Positions 1-12,959 of a stretch of DNA of 64,000 nt are shown one piece after another. Position 1 is the first letter of the stretch. Each line of letters starts with the position of its first letter. Both the position numbers and the translations under genes were made by a program. The notes beneath the pieces were generated by a model. That model did no database searches. It saw nothing but the letters and a program-made list of their open reading frames with translations, and was not told the origin of the DNA. The DNA lies in NCBI GenBank assembly GCA_951406725.2, contig OX597814.1, positions 86,304,001-86,368,000 of the forward strand, read 5' to 3'. Source of the DNA: Octopus vulgaris. Lineage: Eukaryota.

Positions 1-131
1 TTTTCACTAGCCACTAAGTTATGAGGACGTAAACACACTGTCACCGGTTATCAATTAGGGAAGCCAACACAAATACACACGCACACATATGCACGCGCAT
101 ACACATACACACACACATATACATACATACA

Positions 132-536
132 TCTATATAATAAAATAGACCTGTGTGTGTATTCACTTTTCACACGAAAACGGTTGCGCGAATTGCTTCC
201 ATACTTGGGATGCATGAATAATTTGACCTCGGATACATAATAGACTCTTCAGTCTATTATGCTTTATATTTATGATACACTTCTTTAAAAAGGTTTCTCA
301 ATGTCAGCTTCCGATATTGACGTAGCAACGGCGAAATTTTCCGTTTTCATTTGCGAAACCTCTCTCTCTATTTTGATGTTTTCATTTCAATTTTTAATTC
401 ACTATTTGCAAACGACTACGATAATTTACTGAAATATTTACCAAGTTCACAAATTTAAATATTCGGTACAAGTTTTTAACATGCTTGTATTTATACGATT
501 TTTTAATTTCATGTTTATTTCATTCATTGTTTTCAT

Positions 537-631
<95 letters not shown>

Positions 632-841
632 CACACAATTTTGATTTCGTTATTACACAAATATCACATTAAAATTTTGCAATTCAACATGGAACATCCC
701 AAAAAGTATAGGCATTCTTTCGCTTGAGCCCGCACACTTCGTTATTTTCTGTAAAAAATACTTTTTTGCGTGCCGTGTAACTGTAATCAGTCACACACGC
801 ACACGTGTGCTTTTATATGTACGTTTGTATACATTTATACA

Positions 842-891
<50 letters not shown>

Positions 892-1040
892 TGAGTGAAT
901 GAAGAGGTGTGTTGTCACGTATACGTACATAAATAAATACATATGCATACATCTTTTTTGTATGTAGTGCGTGTGTGTGTGTGAGAAACAGAGAAAGAGA
1001 GAGAGAGAAGAGTGATGCCTAAGTGGCACTCACACACACA

Positions 1041-1092
<52 letters not shown>

Positions 1093-1187
1093 TACATACA
1101 AAAAGATGTATGCTTATTTATGTATGTACGTATACATGACAACACACCCCTTCACTCGCTCTCTCTCTCTTCCTCACTCTGCCCCTG

Positions 1188-1222
<35 letters not shown>

Positions 1223-2330
1223 CACACACACACTTCCATTTAAGCTGATGTTTGATACTGTATGTATATGTGCGTGCGTGCGTGAGGCGTTCCACGATCG
1301 CCAGAAAAAAGCGGAGGAATTTTCTTTTTTGATGCTCCTGGTGCCACAGATAAAACATTTGTGACAACATTGCTTCTCTCCAAGGTAAGGCAACAAAAAA
1401 CCACTGCAGTTGCTGTAGCAGTGTCTGACTTTGCTGCCACCATTCTCCCAGGGGGACAAACAGCTCATTCTGCTTTTAAATTACCGCTGAACCTGGTCAG
1501 AAATGACAGTCCAATTTGTAACGTAAGCAAAGATTTGGGTTCAGCAGAAGTGTTGCGCCAATGTCACCTGATCATTTGGGATGAATGCACCATGTTACAA
1601 AGAGGTGCAATAGAACCTCTTGATAATACTTTACAGGACATAAAAGGCTACAGTAAATCTATAGGAGGAGTTACGTTAGTTTTAGCCGGAGACTTCAGAC
1701 ACATTACCAGTCATTCCGAGACGAATAAGATCTGATGAAATAAAAACATGCATTAAAGTCTTCACGCCTACGGAATAAAGTACAGAAATTCCCCTTCGAT
1801 AATAACGTGCGAGCCTTATTACATGGGTACCAATGTGCAGAATAGTTTTCAACCTGGTTCATCCAATTAGAAAATGGGAAAGTACCATTTGATGGGAATG
1901 GTGATATCAATTTGGCTCATATTGCTATCATGGGGAATTCCCCAGCTGAATTGAAGAACAGGGTATTTCCAGTCTTAAGTAATAATTATAATTCATATAA
2001 ATGATTGTGTGAAAGGACAATTCTTGCTCCAAAAAATGAGACAATAGCAAAGATTAACCATGAATTAATGAATAAGATTCCAACAGTCATTAAGGAGTAT
2101 AAATCAGTTGATTCAGTTCTTGATGAAAATCAAGCTGTCCGTTACCCACCTCCTCCACATAAACCTTTTCTGAAGGTACGAGTCCTAATAATGCTTATAA
2201 GAAATTTATATCCTCCTAAATTATGCAATAGGACAAGGTTGATTGTGAAGATATTACCACCTGATGTGACAGAAGCTACCATCATCACTGGAAGTACCTC
2301 TGGGGAAGAGGTTTTCATTCCAAGAATTCC
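132..2330 (+). mobile_element. Helitron relic (5' end plus helicase region), 3'-truncated
   Basis: Starts A|TCTATATAATAAAA (Helitron-type 5' TC after host A), contains internal microsatellites and a PIF1-like helicase remnant. No 3' hairpin-CTAG end found. Confidence 0.7.
1285..2330 (+). pseudogene. Helitron PIF1-family helicase pseudogene
   Basis: Motifs DAPGATDKTF (degenerate Walker A), GGQTAHSAFKLP, IIWDECTM, VLAGDFR, ILAPKN, MLIRNL..KLCNRTRL and FIPRIP, spread over frameshifted ORFs 1361-1735 and 2005-2388. Confidence 0.9.
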
Positions 2331-2947
2331 AAGTTCAGGACAACTTATTACATCTGGTAAAGTACAGAACAAGAACATTTTTACTTAAAATATTGCAGCT
2401 AAGGAAAAAATTTCAAATAAAATATTTAAATTTAGAAAATATTAGCTTTTATTAAAACTAGAAATTTTATTACGAATTTGTTATTACTTGTTACTTCTGT
2501 TTGTTATTACTTGTTACTTCTATTAAAAATTTTAAATAATTCGATTAAAATATTTTTAACATTAAAAAAATTCTACAGTAAAATCTACTTATAACAACAA
2601 ATTCACAGTAAAATTAACTTGAGTTATTGCCTAAGTTATTGCCAAGTCTCCACATTTTTAGTCTTGACCCAATGCCTATTTTTTACATAATGAATTTGTC
2701 TACCATATATACTACTCTACTTTGCATAAAACTTTAGCTTACATTGGTACTTCTGGCTCTCATCTTTTAAGTATTCTAGTGTGTCAAGATTTTAACGAAA
2801 TGATGGTACCTTTTTTAATTATAATGTTAATTTGCAAATTAAAATCAAATAATTTTTAATATTCAAATTTTATCCTTAGCCGCAATATTTTCAGTAAAAA
2901 AATTCTTGTTCTGTACTTTACCAGATGTAATAACTTGTCCTGAACTT
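2331..2947. repeat. Segment bounded by ~100-bp imperfect inverted repeats (possible MITE/DNA transposon fragment)
   Basis: aagttcaggacaacttattacatctggtaaagtacagaacaag... at 2331 is the reverse complement of ...cttgttctgtactttaccagatgtaataacttgtcctgaactt ending at 2947. Confidence 0.6.
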
Positions 2948-4032
2948 TTCCAAGTGTAATAACTTGTCCTGTACTTTCCCAGATTCATAAGAATATTATT
3001 TCTCTTGCTCGCGTTTTTCCATGTAATCCATGTTTTTTCCAGCCTCTGCTATCATGCTAATTAAAATATGTCAAATGTGTCATTTAGCAGTGTCGTTGAT
3101 AATTTTTTTCTTTACTTCAATGATGCCGATAACATATTAAAAGTCCACTAGAATTATATTCATAAAAACGTATACAACTATATTATCACCTTCAAATTTG
3201 AGAAACAAACACTCATATCTTTTTTCTCTTAAAACTTCATTGCATGAGATTGATACCATGAAATTCCTCGAATTGAGCTCTAGCATTTAAGCTTAATTAA
3301 AATGTAGTTTGTTTTTAAAATTAAAAAAATTAATTATACTTAAATCCAATTTTTTGCCTAACTATTTTTTGTGATATTTTACCCCGCAACTTTTTGATAC
3401 GAAATTTTGTTGCATGGGACCAAAACTATGAAATTCTTCACGCTTCCTTCTATCATTGAAGCTAAGATAAATACATTTTGCTTCTAAAATAAAAACGTAA
3501 TTTAGATCTAAACTTGATTGATGGCGTTACTTACTCTCCTAAAATGTTGCTACAAATTTTGATGTAAACTTTTTTCTACTGGACTAAATCTCAATGTTTT
3601 TGTGCCAAAATGTTGTTAACGACCAGTCCTCTTCAAAAAAGTTAACGGTTTTCCATTTGGTTAAGAACTGAATTAGCGACAAGCTCTGAAAGATGTTGTG
3701 TGTGAGTAAATTGCGGCCTTAAGAATATTAACTACTACCATAGTTGAATGATATATGTATGTGTGTGTGTGTGTATGTATGTATGTATTCATGTATGTAT
3801 ATATGTATATATATATATAACATACATACATATATATATATATATACACACACTCACTCACATACATATGTGCGCGCGTGTGTGTGTGTGTGTAACACAT
3901 TTGTAGACTCACTGAAAATCGTCAATTTCATTGTTAATACAACTGTAGCGTGTGTTTCGTGTGCAAGGGTGTAGCAGTAGCAGTACTAATATACCGTCTG
4001 TTGTCACTCATCTTCTAGTCACAGAAGATACA

Positions 4033-5300
<1,268 letters not shown>

Positions 5301-5301
5301 A

Positions 5302-6620
5302 TAGGCTACAGTCCCTGGCAAGGATAGAATTATCAAATAGGGAAGTGGTGAAACAACTTGTAAAGGAAGACAATAAATACGTTGGTATACTAGAGTTCAA
5401 TGAAATCGTGGAGAAGAAAATGAAAGAACAGCTGAAGAAAGAGTATTTCCGAAGACTACGATTGGTGTTGCACTGAAAATTAACTGGAAGGAAGAAAATT
5501 CCAAGCATTAAATACATAGGTGATAACATCACTTTGGTATGGAGCTGGAAACATAAACTGATGAGTAATGTCATTGCACGGAACATTCCATCTCAAGAGC
5601 GCAGTGATTGATTGTACTTATCCAGAAGAAATGGCGGAAGAGGTTTGATTAATTGTCAGGATTGTGTTGAATCAGAGGAAAACAGTTTGAAGAAGTCCAG
5701 CATCATCAAAACTGATAATCGTGTTAAAAGTAGGAAAATTAAAGGGTAAAACAAAATAAAACATTAAAAAAAAAGGCATGGAAAGGAAAAAAATGTACGG
5801 TCGGTCGGTTTGCAAGAAATACGAGCGCAAAGACAGATACAGAAAGCCGGTGGTTATAGGTGTGAAGGAGTGACTTGAAGATAGAAACAGAAGCACTTAT
5901 ATGCATGGCAGAAGAACAAGCATTGAGGTTAAACTATGTGAAGTGCAGAATTGATAAAACAACTGAGAGCGACAAACGCAGAATGTGTGGTGAGAGGAGT
6001 GAAAGAAACAGTGCGGCACATTGTTAGTGAAAACCCGAAATTGGCTCAACGTGAATAGAAAAGGCGACATGACAACGTGACAAGAATGATCCATTGGAAG
6101 CTTTGTGGAAATTATGGTCTTGAAAGATCAAAGACTTAGTGTGACGAAATCCTAGAAGGAGCAACTGAGAATGAGGACAGCAAAATTCTGTAGGATGCAA
6201 TGATTCAGTATGACCCTCAGATTAAACATCGGAAACCTGATCAGAAAAGAAAAAAACTTGCATGTAAATCCACATAGCATGTTCTGGTGACAATAGAATC
6301 AAAGAGAAAGAAGAAAAAGTGAACAACTATGATGAATTGAAGTGGTAAATATGAAGATTGTGAACAATAAAGAAAATGGACGTGGTAACAGTAGTGATTG
6401 GCGGGCCTGGAAGTATCAGCACTCAGCTACCAACATGGCTCAAAGAGATCGGTACAAATGTAAAGATAGAACACCTATAAAAATCATCATCGTTTGGAAC
6501 TGCAAGAGCTCTCCGCAGGGTTCTTGAAGCATGATCAGTAAAAAAAATGACACCTTAGTCTGCTGTCTGTGAGCAGTTGACACTTACCATCATACCCAGC
6601 AAAAGAAGACTTCAGAAGTA
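5302..6620 (+). mobile_element. 5'-truncated, decayed non-LTR retrotransposon with restriction-like endonuclease (R4/Dong-like)
   Basis: Broken translation gives KYVGILE, RMCGERSE..TVRHIVS, KRRHDNVTRMIHWKLC, KIL*DAMIQYD..IKHRKPD, IACSGDNRIKEKE..NYDELK (zinc knuckle, RHD and PD-D/ExK). Lies next to an (AAT)n tract. Confidence 0.8.
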
Positions 6621-7690
6621 ATTAGTAATGACTTCTCTTGAAAATCGACATTTGGCAAAAAAAAAAAGGGGGTTAACTCCTAAGAACATTCATGTTGACA
6701 TGGTTGCTATATTAGAGGATGACGCCCCCGCTTTATGAACAGTGCAAAAGCGGGTAACTGAATTTAGGAAGGGAAGGGAGAGAGTCTTGATGACACAACG
6801 CCTGGATGTCCTGCAGCTGTCACCACCAAGGAAAACATTGATTGTGTTCACCATATGGTAATGGATGACAGGCAATTGGCTATAAATAAAATAGCCAATG
6901 CTAGTAGCATAACCTGTAAGAGAGATGAGAATATTCTACACAATAAACTTGGCATAACGAAGGTTTCTACTTAGTGGGTGCAACGTCTTCTGACACCTGA
7001 TTAAAAGTGCACTAGATTGATCACATCACGGAAAAATTTGACCCTGTTTGAGGTAGATCCAGCTGGTTTCCTTGAACATTTCCTAACCCAGGATGAGTAA
7101 CTGTTGGACTCATCATTTTGAGCCAGAGACAAAGAGATGAAACATGCAGTGGAAACATCCCTCTCCACTTGTTCCAAGAAGGCTATGGTCGTTTCATCTG
7201 CATGGAAATGGGATACAGAAGACATTGTGTTTATTGACTATCTTCAAAAGGGCCACACTATCAATGGAGTGTACTATGCCAACTTGCTGAGGCAGTCACG
7301 AAAGGCTATCAAAACCAAACGCCTGAGAAAACTGACGAAAGGGGTCTTGTTTTATCAGGACAATGCTCCAACATACAAGTCCATGCTTTCAATAGCTGTT
7401 GTACATGACTGTGGCTTTGAACTGGTTGATCCCTTTTCCTATTCTTTTGACTTGATCCAATCTAACTATCATTTGTTCCCTAGCATGAAAAAATACTTGG
7501 CTGGGAACCAGTATCGCAGTGATGATGACGTCATATCTACTGTTGACTTTTTTTACCAACAAGATGAAAGCTTCTTCGACAGTGGGATCCAAACATTGAA
7601 ACACCGATGAAAGAAGTGTGGGGCCGCAAAGGGGGATATGTTGCAAAATAAACCTCATTTGGTCTCAGTCCATGAGGGTATTTTGGTCAG
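6620..7690 (+). mobile_element. Decayed mariner (DD34D) transposon, TIRs not evident
   Basis: FLTQDE*, ORF 7137-7610 with IVFIDYLQKGHTINGVYY, FYQDNAPTY, YSFDLIQSNYHLF (YSPDL-like) and WVQR (WVPR-like). Confidence 0.85.
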
Positions 7691-8704
7691 TCATTCCAGT
7701 TTTGATTTTCCTTTCTAGCAGTGTGCGTCTAAAGCAATATTATTCAATCTGTCCTTTTCTAAAACAGTAGAAATATGATGATTTCAAGGAAATTTGAATG
7801 CTTATTCCTGTAGAATGATCAGTAATGTCAATTAATCGATACGACTGATTACTAATTGATTACTAATTCATGAATTGGTTGTATGGATATTATGGCCAGA
7901 CAGAAAACACAGACGTTCGAAGTTTGATATCAAAAGTTGACAGTGGGTAAATACAGCAGCTGGGGGGGGGGGCATTAGTGTGATATTCTAAAAGAAATCA
8001 TGGAACTCATGCTCACATTTTGTGGACAGCCCCCACCACCTTAATTTTAAGAAGACATTAAAGGAAGCAAAATTTGTATTTTGGAGTTTCGCGTATCCAA
8101 TCTTCATACATAAATACAGCTTATGAACAATAAGAAGATATTCAAAAACTACAGTGGAAATCATTTACGGTAGAAACAAATAAATATTTAATCATGTTTG
8201 GGTGGACAAAGGGTGGTCACAATTTCATATACGAAGTAATCTCTTGGATAGGACGAATGTAACATAAATATAATCAAAGGATTAAATTGATTGAAACGAC
8301 CTTGCGAGGATTTGCTAACAAAAATCATTTTAAATTTTAGGAAACATGTGAAAAGTAAAAACACACTAAATATATTACCGTTAAGGAAGGTGTGTGTGTG
8401 TGTACATGCATATATATATATAATCATATACATACATATAAATATATTCATATGTATAGACATACATCTATATACATTCACATATATAAATGTATATATA
8501 TATATATATATATATACATTTATATGGTCTAATCAATCAAAAATTAGAGCCTTTCGTTTAAAAACATATATACACAAAAAATCTACTGTTTCCCCAAAAA
8601 CACCGTGAAAAGCGAAGGAAAAAAAGAACTATATGCACCACGTCAGAAATTGTAAAAACTTTTAATTACTCTTTCCCCCTCTCTCTCTTTCTCTCTCGTC
8701 TATA

Positions 8705-9200
8705 TCTCTTATTATAAAAGGCAGATTTTATCTGCCTCCCTTTGGGAGTTATACAAATCTACAATATAGGATTTCTTCAATTACAATTTACCTAGCAGTT
8801 TTAAGAGTACAATGCATCGCGTCATGCCAGGTCCAGTTTTTAAAATTTAAACTCCAATTAAGCAAAATTTACAGAAAACTCACATTCTGGTGTGTGTGTC
8901 AAATGCTTTTCTTAGTCTGGTTTACATCACACGCAAACGCACACACACAGTGGGCAACGAATAAAATGAAAGTAATTGACTTACTGTAGTGAGTGATTCT
9001 TTCACTCTGCCTCCCACTTCCTCTTTCAACACATAGACACGCAAATATATAAATAAAATTGTAAGCTAACGTGCGTGTGTGTGAGTGTGTGTGTGTGGGT
9101 GTGCGCGTGTGTGTGTGTGTGAGGGTGCGTGTGTGTGTGTGTGTGTGTGCGTGTGCGTGAGTGTGTGACAGGAAAGTTTTTTACGACGAATATAACACCT
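8705..9200 (+). mobile_element. Helitron-like non-autonomous element 5' portion
   Basis: A|TCTCTTATTATAAAAG start resembling the other Helitron 5' ends in the window, with internal (TG)n. 3' end not identified. Confidence 0.45.
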
Positions 9201-9220
9201 ATATCCAAGTAGCAGAAAGA

Positions 9221-9484
9221 TAAGACAGTAAGGTGTGATTTGAGGGAGATTTGGCTGCTATTTCTACCATGTCTAGCTGCCATGTAGGGGTCTCCCTCAT
9301 AGGCTCATACATACATATATACATAGATAAGACAGTAAGGTGTGATTTGGGGGAAATTTGGCTGCTATTTCTACCAGGTCTAGCTACCATGTAGAGGTCC
9401 CCCTCATTGGCTCATATATATATACATACATAAGACAGTAAGGTGTGATTTGAGGGAGATTTGGCTGCTGTTTCTACCAGGTCT
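9221..9484 (+). repeat. Tandem array of ~105-bp units (2.5 copies) of an interspersed-repeat fragment
   Basis: taagacagtaaggtgtgatttg(a/g)ggga(g/a)atttggctgct(a/g)tttctacca at 9221, 9328 and 9431. A related dispersed copy lies near 53820-53900. Confidence 0.85.
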
Positions 9485-9560
9485 GTTAGGCCTTCTCATG
9501 TAAACTCAAGCTTTCTCATGCCTTGAACATAAGACCAAAGCAGAGAATGTATTCTTTTAT

Positions 9561-9765
9561 TCTTCTGCTTTTTCCAGCCATTGGTCTGTGGCCATGCTGG
9601 GGCAATGCCTTGAAGAATTGTAGTTTAATGAATCAACTCCAGTTTTATTTTTGTAAGCATTGTACTTATTCTATCTGTTTCCTTTGTCAAACCACTAGGT
9701 GACAGGGATGTAAACAAACCAACATTCGTTGTCAAGCAGTGGTGGAGGACAATCGCAAGCACAGA
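9561..9765 (-). mobile_element. SINE 3' part (Octopus-type family)
   Basis: Matches other copies in the window (19781-19970, 40306-40490, 45140-45362): ggccatgctggggca..ccttgaaga...tacttattctatc...gtaaacaaaccaaca..gttgtcaagc. Confidence 0.7.
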
Positions 9766-9853
9766 CACGCACACACACACACACATACATGCATACACAT
9801 ATACACACATACATACATACATACATATATATATATATGTGTGTATATATATA

Positions 9854-10172
9854 TTGCAGCCTGGAAGGTGTTTGTAAGCCATTTAAGAAACACACAAAAA
9901 CCGTTACATTCACTTCAACATTTAAATTTAATTTGCCAAAATATTTTCGTCGCTTTGAGACCGCGACCTGTTCACTGACAAAAATATCGTGCTAACAGGT
10001 CGCGGTCTCAAAGCGACGAAAATATTTTGACAAATTAAATTTAAATGTTGAAGTGAATCTAACGGTTTTTGTGTGTTTCTTAAATGGCTTATAAACACCT
10101 TCAACGCTGCAACTGTTTTCGTTCCAGCACACGATCTCAGATCAAGTCACTTGCTATGCAAGTACATCTCTG

Positions 10173-10177
<5 letters not shown>
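9854..10177. mobile_element. Penelope-type pLTR fragment in inverted (fold-back) arrangement
   Basis: Arms 9854-9972 and 9994-10112 are near-perfect reverse complements. Embedded in (TA)n and contains a hammerhead-like motif, as is typical of PLE pLTRs. Confidence 0.7.
9932..9982 (-). ncRNA. Minimal type I hammerhead ribozyme motif, G3-C8 core variant
   Basis: Minus strand: TTTGTCA [GTGAACA] G GTCGC-ggtctcaaa-GCGAC [GAAA] ATAT T T TGGCAAA. Stem I 7 bp, stem II 5 bp, palindromic AATATT stem III. Confidence 0.65.
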
Positions 10178-10211
<34 letters not shown>

Positions 10212-10274
10212 TGGTAAAAACAGTAAGATAACAAAAGAAAGAAAGAGACCTCAATATTATGTAAATAGAGGAAA

Positions 10275-10668
10275 TCTTTATATATAAAAGTGAGGTTATG
10301 TGTCTGTCTCCTACGATTTAGATTCCTAACTACTCCCACATTTTGCGGTGCAGTTTAACCAAAACCGGGTATCTTATAGTCGTGATTCATATCGAGACCG
10401 TCTGGGTATTAGCGCGCGTCTACGATGAGTCTACGATTTAAAAAAAATTTACCATCAATTTTTCCCATTTTTAATCCATTTTTGACATATATAAGGGAAG
10501 TAACTCTCTAAAATTTATTACTAAATCTCAGAACGTAAAAAGCTACAGTAACACCCCTCCCCCTTTGTGGTTAGCCATATTGAGATGGCTATTATACTTT
10601 ACATCTCTAAAAATGCTTATATAATTATTTCCCTTACAAACCCGAGCAACGCCGGGCGATACTGCTAG
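10275..10668 (+). mobile_element. Complete non-autonomous Helitron (394 bp)
   Basis: Inserted between host A and T. 5' TCTTTATATATAAAAG; 3' GC-rich hairpin CCCGAGC-AAC-GCCGGG (10641-10656) followed by CTAG at 10665-10668. No TSD. Confidence 0.9.
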
Positions 10669-11069
10669 TATTCTATAAAAACTCAATATGACCGAACTTT
10701 CAATAATTTACATCTGTTATAATCTTCGCCGAACATTTACTTTGATATTATCTTTCCCTGTGAAACTCATTGAACTTTTTGTGAACATTTGATCATGTGA
10801 TCATTTAAACATGTTTGCCCGATTGCTACTTCGTAATTTTAAACTCCGTTAAAATCCTCTTGTTTTTTATACATATTTGTACCATTATACATATTCCTAC
10901 CATTCATAAACAAAAAATTGTTGAAACTAGTTTGGTACGTATGTGAATAAATCTATTTAAAAACAACTACATGCTTTTCAAAATCAGGTGCATTTTCAAA
11001 TCCCAAAGCAAATTCTCCTATATTTTTTTCCTGCGTGGGAATACACTTCTTTCCATATATATATACATA

Positions 11070-12337
11070 TCAGGTATCATGAATGAAATATCCGCTTTTC
11101 TTATGCACCAAGTTTGACAATCGTTAACTCTAATGTTTTATCCTGACAATGTTTTACAATATTGAAGAGTTACATCATCAATTTTCGAAATACAATTCAT
11201 TGCGTCTAATTACATTGTGAGAATTCTCTTGTAAATCAATTTTTGTGAACCCATGAGCAAATAAAAAATTCGTGTTGTTTATGAATGATTTCCGTCGCGG
11301 AACATCCCAGACAGCTCGAAACATCAATAAGGTGTTTGTAAAAATGTGGCGAATGAGTGCGCTGTACGTCATGGGTTTGAGAAGTTCTGGTTGGGTGACT
11401 TTACTCTTGAAAATCATCCCCGTGGTAGACCTGAGACCAAGGTGGATAATGATGAACTGGAAACTGTAGTGGAAGCGGATACATCTCAAGCAATGCGTGA
11501 GTTAACAGCAAGGTTTGGTGTTTCATTCCAACTGTATTGGACCATCTGAAACAAATCGGCATGGTAAAGAAGCTAGACAAGTGGATACCACACGAACTGA
11601 GCAAGCATCAAATGACACGTCGTCTTGAAACTTGTTGTTCTTTGCTGTCACAGCAAAAAAGCGAACCATTTTTGCTTCGTATTGTTACGTGTGATGAAAA
11701 ATGGATTCTTTTCAACAACAGCAAGCGTTCTACAGGGTGGTTGAATATAGACGAAGTGCCAAAACACAATCCAAAAGAGAATATTCACCAAAAAAGTTAA
11801 TGGTGTCTGGTTGGTGGTCCAGCGCTGGTGTCATCCACTACAGCTTCATGAGACCTGTTAAGTCAATTACGACGAATGTATACATCAAGCAATTGGATGG
11901 AATGATGAGTAAACTTGCAATTATGCAACCGATATTGTTCAATAGATACAGGCCAATTCTTTTGCAAGACAAAGCTTGACCACATATTGCATAAAGACGC
12001 TACTCAAGTTATAGGAACTGAATTTGGAAGCACTCTGTCATCCACTGTATTCACCAGACCTTGCACCAACTGATTATCATGTTTTCCAGGCATTAGAAAA
12101 CTTTTTGCCAGGAAAAAACTTCAAATGTAAAGAATATGCAAAAACAGTCTTTCGTGATTTCATCACCTCTTGCTTTCCAGAATTCTTCGCTGCCGGCATA
12201 AATAAGCTACCGATAAAATGGCAAAATTGTGTTGATAATTTTGGTGCATACTTTGATTAACTGCATTGCTGTTTTATTGAGATAAAGTAAAATAAACTTT
12301 CACTTCAAAATTGGATATTTCATTCTTAATGACCTGA
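11070..12337 (+). mobile_element. Full-length but decayed mariner transposon
   Basis: TIRs TCAGGTatcatGAATGAAATATCC and GGATATTTCATTCttaatgACCTGA with TA on both sides. Transposase fragments WIPHEL, IVTCDEKWI, LLQDKA and YSPDLAPTDYHVF. Confidence 0.92.
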
Positions 12338-12502
12338 TATATATATAATTACTTGGACCTCGGGTATATGCTTAGTAGTATACCGATTAAAAGCAATTTC
12401 ACCATCTAGGCAGCTTGATGTCATGCACAGTTTTGATATAAGTGTCACTGGATCTACGTCAGGAATACCGCAGTATATATATATATATACGTATATATAT
12501 AT

Positions 12503-12800
12503 GAGGGTGCTTAGCTTTGTGGTTAGGGTATTGCACTCACGATCGCGAGATAGTAGTTTCAATTCTTAGACCGGGCAGTGCCTCGAATTATTGGACGAAA
12601 GACTTCATTTCACGTTGCTCTGCGATCACTTCCACACGTGACACGTGGTACACCGTGCAACTGTTCACACAAGGTTGATTTGATGGAGAGAGTTAGCTAA
12701 TGTGCAGCGTGAACATTTGAGCACTATAAACAAATCATTTGTGCAGGTTGTTCGGCAAAAGCTGAACGCTCATACGTCATTTTCGACGGGAGAGTCCATT
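12503..12800 (+). mobile_element. tRNA-derived SINE
   Basis: tRNA-like head (tagctttgtggttagggt..., gtttcaattc B-box-like) followed by a CORE-like segment. Confidence 0.55.
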
Positions 12801-12842
12801 ATTGAGAGAATTTCGATTATTCCCACGTGGTGATTTGTAATG

Positions 12843-12878
<36 letters not shown>

Positions 12879-12959
12879 TTTGGGGGAGGGGATAAATAAA
12901 TATACAAAAACTCTAAAGTTAAAGTAGTGATATGAAGTATTTACAGTGATAGGTATGTG

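Noticed and set aside
12347-12473. Possible pLTR hammerhead downstream of the Penelope ORF
   Set aside because: A stem and GAAA are present on the minus strand, but no acceptable CUGANGA-type core could be placed.
12503-12580. tRNA gene
   Set aside because: No intact cloverleaf; it continues into SINE body.
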